A stretch of 64,000 nucleotides of DNA from NCBI RefSeq assembly GCF_009914755.1, contig NC_060927.1; one strand, 5' to 3'. The notes beneath the pieces are model-generated. The model searched no databases. It was given only the letters and a program-made list of their open reading frames with translations, and was not told where the DNA came from. Numbering within the stretch: position 1 is the stretch's first letter; each line of letters opens with the position of its first letter. Origin of the DNA: the human T2T-CHM13v2.0 reference genome, Homo sapiens. Below are positions 14,730-25,572 of this stretch, piece by piece. The position numbers and the translations under genes were made by a program.

Positions 14730-15548
14730 GTAAGTACATGAGGCTTCTCTTTTTAATAGAGGCTTTAAAAAGAGACTGCATCTTTTTAAACAGCTGCACT
14801 GAAAGGAAAGCACCGTGCCAGTCATTGTAAATTAGAAATGATTGTGATCCCACTCTGTCTGACCTTCTGTTTTCCACTGACATAGAGGCAGAATTTATTA
14901 ATCTGTTTGGAAAGTTCACACTGACTCAATTTATGGATTTCTGCGCAATACCAATCAAATTATAGCTTAGTGTATACAAGGTCAGGAACTATAATTTTAC
15001 TTAATTAAAGTAGCAGGACATAAGGTCACAAAGCTATTCAAAAGGTTAGTAAAGGTACATTTTTCTTTTAGAAATGTTTCCATAAAGAAAAATATTTGGC
15101 TCTTCCATTGGTAGACATTACAGATCTAATACATCTCACTTTCATGCCTTCACTCTATATACATTGATTCATATGTCAATTTTGTTTTACTGTCTGATGA
15201 TGGATGCCAAGCAACTGGCTGGGAAATGGCTTATAAATGTATGGTTTCACTTGTAACACAATTATCCTAATTCAATTACACTTTTCTGTTTTTTTCTACC
15301 TTTAACCATTTCCTTTCCCAAATTGCATCTCCAGTTATGATTTTAGTGAGGTTCTTGCTAAGCTTTCTATGATAGCGACAGGACCTTTGCAGAGAAATCA
15401 GGTCAGAGGAACTGATGTACACACGAAGTGAAACAGAGAGAGATTTATGTAGGGCTTAGGCTGTTCAGGCATGGAAGGATATTGGAGAAAGAAAAGAAGG
15501 ATGTAGAAGATGGCAGAAAGGGAAATAGAGTTGTTTATTTATCATGTA

Positions 15549-15631
15549 TTAAGTGTGGTGCAAAAGTAATTGTGGCCCTTCCATTAAAAGTAGTAATGGC
15601 AAAGGCCGCACTTACTTTTGCACCAATCTAA
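15549..15631. mobile_element. MADE1 (Hsmar1-derived MITE), palindromic
   Basis: TIRs tggtgcaaaagtaa...ttacttttgcacca, ~83 bp, flanked by TA target duplications. Confidence 0.92.
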
Positions 15632-18083
15632 TACTATGTGTCAGACTGTGTTCTGGATGCTTTTCCAAGTTGTAGATTAGAAAAACGGTAGAATCAATGA
15701 AAGAAATATCACAGAGGGGAAAAATAGTAGAGAAAATGCAGTTGCCTATTATTTATTGAAGATGTATATTAAAATATATTCAAGCTTGTGAGTGACTGTA
15801 AATCACCGTGTTTGTGTGTGAATGGTTATGCTCTGACCTTTAATATTGGTTTGTTTTTACATCTTATTGTGCCTACTATATCTAACTAATAACAAGCTTA
15901 CGTTTTTCTCAGATTCCTTAAACATTTAAAAGCCCTTTATGTGGGAAAATTGTATAATCCAAATAATTACTTCCCTAAAACTCACAAAGTATTCCCAGGG
16001 ATGAATTGAACACCAAGTGAAATGAAGAACTAATTTCACTGACTTTACCTACTCATAAAAGTTAGACTTAAAGATGGGGATTGGAAACTTCCCAGTAACT
16101 AAAAGGTTCTTATGTCTGAAGCATTGGAACTGACATCAAGTGTCCAATACAAAGAGAAGTCAGAGTGGTAGTAGTCCAAACATGCAACTGCCATATTTTT
16201 AAAAACAGAATTTAAGGCATGGAGTTGGTTGCTATTTTGATATAACCAAGACCATAATGTGCATGTGAAATGCTGATCCCATTCTTACCAATTGGAAGCA
16301 CATGAGAAAAAATATTCACAGAATTGCCTGACAAGTGTTACACATTCTAGTATATATGTTGCGAAATTTGGGCTTGGTTGCATTCGTGCTTGAGAAATTG
16401 TTTTTGGAGGATGAAAGTGCTGTTCATGTGATTTTACAGGTGATGTGGCATCTTTTCTTTAAACTAAAAATGTAACTAATGTGCTGCATGTCTTAAAGAA
16501 CATTTCTTCACTGTCGTATGTGTCAGGAATTTAAAAATGTTTCTTACTGGTGTGTTTGTGCTCTTTTTCAGGAATCCACATTTTCAGTATTCCAGCTAAC
16601 TGCCCCCTTCCCGAGTTGACACTGATTTCTATTCTATAGGCATGTCTTGCTATAAGTACAGGGAAAAAAATTACAATCTCTTTTTCTACTAGAGTTCAAC
16701 ATGATCTTTGAAAAAAATATATATTTCCAATGAGGAGAGATACATCTTGTTATCAGTCAGCACTCTAAAAATGATCACTTGTGCAAATAGGAACCTACTG
16801 CTATGCATCTTTCTTCTTGCTCTGCCTATGTAGCTCATTTCAAGGTCATTTGGCATTTGTTCAAAAAATAGGATTTGATTGACAAGTATTTTTCTGTGAT
16901 TGTTTTCACTCTGATTTCCAAGTAAATCATATTACATAATCTAAGAGGGGAAAAGATGGAGTTAATCAGAAATATTATTTTTGTGTCATTAGCGGTTTGA
17001 ATAAATCACTTGCTTTACTCTATTTTTCAAAAGCTTGCACTACTTAATGTTATACTAATATCTCTGTTTTTCAAGGTCAAAATTAATTGCACTCTGTTTC
17101 AATGACGCTTAATCTTGAAGGCTTTGCTCATATAATTGGCCTTATTTCTCTCATGGTGTCATTTTTAATAAAACCTTTTTGTTATTTAGTAACTATATAA
17201 TTAATTTTTATTTTATAGTGAAAATACATAATGAAATATTGATCTGTAACATATACCCACTTAAAATAGCATTTCATAACCCCTTGTAGTCTCAGTAAGA
17301 AACATATTTTATATCATTGTTAACATTTTCTGGGTTATGTTTATTATATTGAGTTGATTCCCAGCAAAACTGTGGATCACATGCAAAAATATTTAAGATA
17401 TTTGGTGGTAAGACAAGAAGTTAACATATTTTTGTTCAACTTGATTCATTTTATCTTCTACTATGAGATTCTACTATTAACATATTGACATATTAATATT
17501 TTTTGAAAAGTATTAACTTCTCACACCACTTTCAAAATGTCAGTAAAACCATTCCATTGGTATGTACCTGCAAGCCTGCATTTCACGTAGTTTGGACTTC
17601 TATAAATTTCAAATATTTAATATATGACCATATTTTAATGCTATTTCATCAGTGTTTATGGAGAAGACCAAAGCAAAAAAAAGCAATATATATTTAGTTA
17701 CGATTATAAGGTTATGTGCTGTCAATTATAAGTCAAAAGGCCATATTCAGTTTCGCATTAGGTTTGTGAAAATCCAAATTGCACAAAATTATATTGTATA
17801 ATTTTTTTAAGTCTGTGGTTTTGAACCATTCATGTGACCAGGCAGATTTACAGTACCATTTCATCTTAAATGGCCATGCATTGAGTTCATTTCATTTACT
17901 CAATTTCATTATATTAAAAAAGAAAGTTGAAATGTTGATTTTCTTGATCTCCTGGTAATTCAAAAACTATCTGAGAAAATATGGTATAAGTGACTTTCTT
18001 ATTCACCTCTAACAACAATATTTTTTTATGTCCTGTTTTTCCATGATTACAATTCACATGATTTAACTGTGTACATTTCTTAG

Positions 18084-18242
18084 GTAAAGGTATCGGGAAG
18101 ATATCAGGAGTAAATCTTACTCAAAAGACTCACCCAGTAGAGGTATTTGAGCCGGGAGCTGAACATATAGTTCGCCTAATGACTAAGAATTGGGGCGATA
18201 ACGATAGCATTTTTCAAGATGTAATTGAGACAAGAGGGAGAG
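18084..18242 (+). CDS. CHL1: CHL1 coding exon (half FnIII-5 / juxtamembrane stalk; symmetric, skippable in frame)
   Basis: ttcttag|GT ... AGAG|gtgaga, 159 nt, phase 1-1. (S)KGIGKISGVNLTQKTHPVEVFEPGAEHIVRLMTKNWGDNDSIFQDVIETRGR(E). Confidence 0.93.
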
Positions 18243-18873
18243 GTGAGAAATGAGATTATATATGGGGAAGTCTTAGTCAATCTATGTCCTGTAGAATACT
18301 TAGTGTTGCCTGTGTCCTATATTAAACATAAAAACACTGAGTGTATTAATTATGAAAATCGTAATTTCAATTTGTTTTGACATATTTTTAAATTATCAAA
18401 ATGAAAAATGTTTCACAGTAGTCCACCATCCTTTATTTTGTTTTTACTAGAGTTGTTGCCTAAAAATATCTCCTGCTAATTAACATATCTTAATAACACA
18501 AACTAAAAAGAAAAAGCAAAACAAAACAAAAACCACCGGGCTCCATGGTCATCTGCTTCTAACCAAGGCAGCTTGCGCTTTTGTTTGCTCCTTGCTGCTT
18601 CTGAGTTTAACTTCATCTGCCTTCATTATCCTTCTTTCGTTTTTCATCCTCGGAATCAAACACAACTCGAAGAAGTCCCTTTTTAAATAAAGAAGGAAAG
18701 ATTTACCAGTATTCTCCCATTAACATGTCCTTCAAATTGCATTCCTTCTGGGGTCATTAAAAAAACTGATACTATTTGGTATGTTTAAAAATGATGTCTA
18801 ATTTTCCCCAATGTTACAGAATACAAAAGACTGTTTCTAGTTTACAATGCTGTGACTTCTCTTTCTACCACAG

Positions 18874-19005
18874 AATATGCTGGTTTATATGATGACATCT
18901 CCACTCAAGGCTGGTTTATTGGACTGATGTGTGCGATTGCTCTTCTCACACTACTATTATTAACTGTTTGCTTTGTGAAGAGGAATAGAGGTGGAAAGTA
19001 CTCAG
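18874..19005 (+). CDS. CHL1: CHL1 transmembrane exon
   Basis: ccacag|AA ... TCAG|gtaaaa, 132 nt. (E)[43 protein letters not shown], the L1-family TM plus the start of the ERM-binding motif. Confidence 0.97.
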
Positions 19006-19216
19006 GTAAAATTGTTTCTTAATGTGATTTTCAACTTATTAAAAAGCATTTTCTGGGAAGCATTCTTCAGAGACAACTTTTTTTAAAAATACACATTCAA
19101 GTCAAATTTATATTAGCAAATTAGATGTACAATGCACTGACAGGAAAAACATATTGCTAAATTAACCAAAGAAAATATGTATGTTCTAGTTTCTAGCACT
19201 TAAAATGGGCTCTAAC

Positions 19217-19525
<309 letters not shown>

Positions 19526-20491
19526 CTAACAAGGTTGATAACACTTCCAAGCTTCTATTGTCTATCTGTAAAATATCAGCGTCGTTGAGAGACATATCAC
19601 TAGGTCACATATATGCTTTAGTGTTTTAAGAAGTGACCCATGTATAGCACGCCTCTCTCTATGCATGACATACATGACTCATATTTTTCGCACTAGTGCA
19701 TTCTAATATTACTGGCTCCACTGGTCAATTTTGTTGGTGTTAATCATTACTAGGAATGCATTTCTTATTACCATGGCATGTAGTAGACACACTGCCTCTT
19801 GAATTAATGATACATAAGATATACATGAAAACCATCATAGTTGGTAATATGACGTTTGCCTTTAATTTCATTCAACTCCCGAATTTGTTTTGTCTTTTTC
19901 AGATATACATATTGTATCAAGATGATGATTATTACTAGTATTGCTTAGTATTCATGATGCTTTTATAAAGGGACAAAGATTTAGGTTACACTGCTATTTG
20001 TTTCATGATGTTCAGATATATGAGAAGTTCATTACTGGCTTATGATTTATCTAGCAAATATTTATTGGGAACCCGTCATCTACATAGAAACATTGAGAGC
20101 ATAATTTCTAGGTTTTTGTAAAATGACATGCATAATTTATGGAGTTATGCGTTTCACTTTTTTCTCTGAAGACTGAATGATTATGAATTAAGTTCACAAT
20201 GACTAATAAATGTTCTGAGTAATTAATTGGAAACGTTAAAGAGTTATAGCATTCTCCTTATCCCCAACAGATAATCATTTGTGTATTGTGGTGCTATCCA
20301 GATTCCAAAGATGTTTCTTCAAATCATGCCCTAAAAAGAAAAAAAAATTAGCATTTCATATTGTAGAGCAACTAAGAGAATCTACTAGGTCTCTGCATGT
20401 AGTTGTAAAATGTTCCATGAAGAACAATTTGTATATGAGGGCTTTTTTTTTTTTTTTTTTAAGTAAAGGGAACAAGAGCTTTTTGGTCTTA

Positions 20492-20682
<191 letters not shown>

Positions 20683-20754
20683 TGTCAGTGGAGACCTGAA
20701 TATTCAGATTGTTGCAACAATTTTGAGTAAGAGTGATGTATAACAACCAAATGA

Positions 20755-21062
<308 letters not shown>

Positions 21063-21486
21063 TTGATTGACTTTTTAAATTCAATTTAGTTTAATGACAC
21101 AGATCTAATAGGTGTCTATGACATCTTCAAAAAGTTCAGATAGTAAAATAAATATTTAGTAATTTGGTCTTCACTGAGAAATCAAACTCAGTTGGGCTCT
21201 TCCAATAAGACTTCTCGTTCACATAAAATTGAGTAGTCACGTGAAAATATGCAACATGCTGCAGGTGTGACGACAAGTAGAACCCCCCAAAATCCCCTCT
21301 CTTTTTTGTTTAAACAAAGAAGCAACTGATGGGCTGTAGGTATAGCCAGAAAAAAATATTGCCTCACTGGTATCAAAACATTTGAGCAATGCTGTTCTTA
21401 CTGACTATTAACTATTCCACAGCACTGGTAAAATGTCTTTTAAATGGTCACTGTATTACTTTTCCCACTTTTTTTCTCTTTTTTAG

Positions 21487-21559
21487 TTAAAGAAAAGGAA
21501 GATTTGCATCCAGACCCAGAAATTCAGTCAGTAAAAGATGAAACCTTTGGTGAATACAG
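21487..21559 (+). CDS. CHL1: CHL1 cytoplasmic exon 1
   Basis: Long T tract ...ttttag|TT ... TACAG|gtaaac, 73 nt, phase 1-2. (V)KEKEDLHPDPEIQSVKDETFGEY(S). Confidence 0.96.
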
Positions 21560-22729
21560 GTAAACATAAGGTTCTGCTGTAAAATAAAACACATATTCAT
21601 CATGTTGAAAGCTTAAGTGAACAAAAAGGTGTTTATTCTTAATAAAAAGGTTACATAACTACAATGTAATGACCCTATAAAGAATACTTTGTACAAATAG
21701 GGCCCACTTAAGTGCTAGCAACCAAATTTCTGTGTGTGTGATGAGGGTGTATAAATAATTACCGTCTAGGCAGAAATGTCAGGTAGGACACTTTTCTTGA
21801 AGCTCTGTGCCTAACACAAAGAATATCTATTTGGGGTAGCTAAAACATCTATAGCATGGCCATTATGAACTCGGGTTCAATCCAATTTGCATCCACACAC
21901 GCATATCTGTATACCTACAGCGTTGCACCTGCAAAGGTAAGTAAGTTACAAACCCTGTCCTCTAGATGAACCTGATCAGCAGAGAAAAATATCCTATATA
22001 TGCAAATGACTGTAATGAATTAAATAGAATAAAAGAGCACAAAAGAGAGTAACTGTTTCTGCCCAGGTAGGATTTTGGAAAAAGAATCATCCATATGAGA
22101 TAAGCTAAGCCTTAAAGGATAAAAAGTATTGTGTTACTGTTAACCACTGGACAGAGGATGACCAAATGAGTGAGGGTGTGTCGGGCAAGGGAGGAATGGC
22201 AGGAAGTCTACTCTGAGCTAGGTAGGAATCTTTCGGGGACGTGTTAAACTGTCTCATTCTCCTTTTATCTTTCTCCACCTTCCCCTTTCTGCTACTCTCT
22301 CAACTTCTTAGTTCTTTTTTGTTGTAATGTCATCATTTTTCTCAGGTCTCCTGTATATTTCAGCCAACAGACATATTGTAAGTTCCAGGTTTGTATTGAT
22401 TTTAGCACATGGGAAACCAGAGTTTATATCAAAGAAGAAATCTGATTGATCCTGATTCTCTCATCTCTGGATTCATTACTCTAGCAAGGGATATGGAGTA
22501 TTTTCATTAGCTAATTGGTAGACATTTGGGCTTACCTGTACCTCCACTTTGTGGTATACTTATTTTTCTGTATTCTACTTAGTCAATACCCTTTTTATAT
22601 TTTTATATTTCTTAATAAATGACTTTAAATTCTTTCCAGAATAAAGAACAATAAAGAGGAAGAAAGAAAGAGAGAAAAAGAAAAAGGAAGAAAGAATTTT
22701 GGAACTTCACGAATTGTGATCATTACTAT

Positions 22730-23295
22730 TGTATTAGTTAGCAGTTGCCTCATAACAATAACCACCAATACTCAACAGCTTAAAACAATAAACATTTATT
22801 ATTTCAATGTCCTCATAATTCAGGAATCCAGACATGGCTTAGATGGGTACTTCTGGCTCAGGACCTCTCATGAGGTTGCAGCAAGGTTTTGACCAGGGCT
22901 ATGGTTTCATCTAAAGTTTCAGCCAAAGCACAAATCATTCCTAGGCCATTCGTGTGGCTGTTGGCAGGATATAGTTCCATACAGGCTGTTGAACTAAGGG
23001 CTTCTGTTCTTCACAGGCCAGAGGTCATTCCTAACTCCATACCACGTAGATATCTCCATGGGGCCATTCACAACATGGCAGCTGGCTTCCTTCAGAATGT
23101 GTGAGCCAGGGAGCAAGAGAGAGCACCCAAGTTGGAAGCCACAGTCCTTTTGTAACCTAATATTGGAAGTGATATCCCATCACTTTTGTTGTATTCTATA
23201 GGAACAAATCATTAAGTTTAGCTCACAACTCAAAGGAAGAGGATTATACAAGATACAAATTCCATGAGGCAATGATCATTAAGGACCTGCAACAA
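22730..23295 (-). mobile_element. MLT1-type ERVL-MaLR LTR
   Basis: 'tgtattagtta...cttaaaacaataaacatttatt...caacatggcagctggcttcc...gaagtgatatcccatcactttt'. Confidence 0.8.
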
Positions 23296-23305
23296 CTTTT
23301 CAAAA

Positions 23306-23450
23306 GCTGAGGCAGGAGAATTTCTTGAACTCAGGAGGCGGAGGTTGCAGTAAGCTGAGATTGTGCCACTGCACTCCAGCCTGGGCAACATAGCGAGACT
23401 CCATCTCAACAAAAAAACAAAAACACAAACAAACAAACAAGCAAAAAAAA
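23306..23450 (+). mobile_element. Alu 3' fragment
   Basis: 'gctgaggcaggagaat...gactccatctc' plus (CAAA)n tail. Confidence 0.9.
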
Positions 23451-23854
23451 ATTTTGAAAGACAATATTAGCTCAATTTTACAGGCAAGAAAACAAAAACA
23501 ATGCCTTGTCTAAAAACCCATTTCCCCACACCCTGCTGCTCCTTTATAAAGATAGCTAACATCTTCCTGTGCATTATTTCCTATGACATCCCTTTATAGT
23601 AGCTGATGTGTTTTCCAACCTCTTTCCCCCAAACTACATATTTATCAGGATAATTGTCTACTTTCCACATTATCCCAGGAGACACTTTTATAAGATGCTG
23701 TGCCCTTGCATAAGTCCTCATTCTTCTAGCTTCTGATAATCATCCCTTTTGTTATTTTTCTTTATTCTTTGTTCCTGATTCCTCAGCCGATGCCTCATTG
23801 TTTTTCTTGATTTGTTCTTGTAACTGCAATATCCTAATTCAAGAGCCAATTATC

Positions 23855-24200
23855 GTATCAGTCAGGGGAGCCTGTGTTATGCTGCTGTCAAAACAACTCC
23901 AAAAGCATTTTCTTTCTCAAGTTATGTGTCCCACAGAGATTGCCCTTTTCATCTTAGTCACTTAGGAGCACTGGCTGGTGGACGAGCATCCAGGCTCCCC
24001 ACAGCAGGGAAAATAGAATGTAATAAACTGAGCACTGGCTTTAAATCTTCGGCTCGGAAGAGACACATGTCACCTTTGCTCACTTTTTTTTTAAACCAAA
24101 GAAAATTCCATGGTGGCATATAACACAGAGTAGGCAAAGAAGTGCCATCCTGCTTTATTCCTAGAAACCTGACATACTTGATGAACAGCTCTGACAAATA
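23855..24200 (-). mobile_element. Old MLT1 (J/K/L-like) LTR fragment
   Basis: 'gttatgctgctgtcaaaacaactcc...cttcggctcggaagagacacatgtcacctttgctcac'. Confidence 0.55.
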
Positions 24201-24671
24201 CCACAAATTATAAAGTGATATGTACATCCAAATTATATTTTTTCCAAATGCTTCATTGATCAAATTTGATAAAATCATTTTATATGGTGTATAGCTTCAT
24301 AATGTAATACTAATTGGTACTTAAAAAAATCTTGATCCAAAATTTAGAAGATCATACCATTTGATAAGCATTTTACTAATGGATTTGCTTCTGTTCATGA
24401 ATAAAACACCTACCATAAATATAGTATACTTATTTATGTTCTTAAAATACCAGCCATTTCTTTCTGTCTTAAAATGTAACAAACTTGAATTGTTAACTAT
24501 ATTAAAGAAAGTTATTTGATTTCAAAAACAGAATGTGATTGATTTTTAAAAAAGAACATTTTATCAGGATATAAGAGAATCAAAAGGATCAGAAGTAAAG
24601 GCAGAAGATCAAGACTTGGAGGCCAGGAGCTCCAAAAGTTCATGACAGCAAGGGAAATTGCATTTGTTCTC

Positions 24672-25036
24672 TGTCTGAGTCCATTAGGGCTACTATAACA
24701 AAATACCATAAGCTGGGTGGCTTATAAAAGAACAGAAACTTAATTCCCACAGTTCAGGATTCTGAGAAGCCTAAGAGCAAAGTGCCAGCATTTTCAATGT
24801 CTGGTGAACGCTCACTTTCTGGGTGACAGATGGCACCTTCTCTTTGTGTCCTCACATCGTGAAAGGGGTAGGGCAGCTCTCTGGGGCCTCTTCTCTAAGG
24901 GCACTAATATCATTCACTAGGGCTCCACCCTTATGGCCTAATCACTTCCCAAAGACTCCACCTCTAACACCCTCACATTGGTTATCAGGTTTTAACATAG
25001 GAAGCTTGGGAGGACACAGATATTCAGACCATAGCA
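24672..25036 (-). mobile_element. MLT1A-like MaLR LTR
   Basis: 'tgtctgagtccattagggctactataacaaaataccata...atattcagaccatagca', with both LTR ends recognisable. Confidence 0.85.
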
Positions 25037-25355
25037 GCCACTGTGGACATCAACAGGTTGAATCCCACATGTCCTACAGAAGCTAAGCTGCTCAATTTTA
25101 AAGAGAAGCACAAATGTTGTGAATAATGAAAAATTGTTTGGTGGAAATTGCTTATGACTTTGTAGACATGTGTTTACAGACTTCGTAAACTTGGTAAACA
25201 TTTGTGGTAGTATCATGTGGGCTTTACTATCTGTCTTCAATGCTAATACAAATGTCCTGAAAATTATAAAATCTTTTATCACTTATGACTGTGTTGCTTT
25301 ACATGAATATTAATATTAGATTTTGTTGAGCTATTTTTGTTTGTTTGTTTTCTAG

Positions 25356-25572
25356 TGACAGTGATGAAAAGCCTCTCAAAGGAAGCCTTCGGTCCCTTAA
25401 TAGGGATATGCAGCCTACTGAAAGTGCTGACAGCTTAGTCGAATACGGAGAGGGAGACCATGGTCTCTTCAGTGAAGATGGATCATTTATTGGTGCCTAC
25501 GCTGGATCTAAGGAGAAGGGATCTGTTGAAAGCAATGGAAGTTCTACAGCAACTTTTCCCCTTCGGGCATAA
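25356..25572 (+). CDS. CHL1: CHL1 last coding exon (cytoplasmic tail, FIGAY ankyrin-binding motif at 25486-25500, TAA stop)
   Basis: ttttctag|T GAC AGT... DSDEKPLKGSLRSLNRDMQPTESADSLVEYGEGDHGLFSEDGSFIGAYAGSKEKGSVESNGSSTATFPLRA*. FIGAY rather than FIGQY, and no RSLE, distinguish CHL1 from L1CAM, NRCAM and NFASC. Confidence 0.98.

Noticed and set aside
14730-14830. In-frame read-through past the FnIII-4 exon donor (ORF to 14830)
   Set aside because: The donor has a GTAAGT consensus and I saw no nearby canonical PAS; a chance extension.
22322-22350. Acceptor-like tttttctcag|GTCTCC, considered as a vestigial RSLE microexon
   Set aside because: No donor 12 nt downstream and no RSLE coding similarity.
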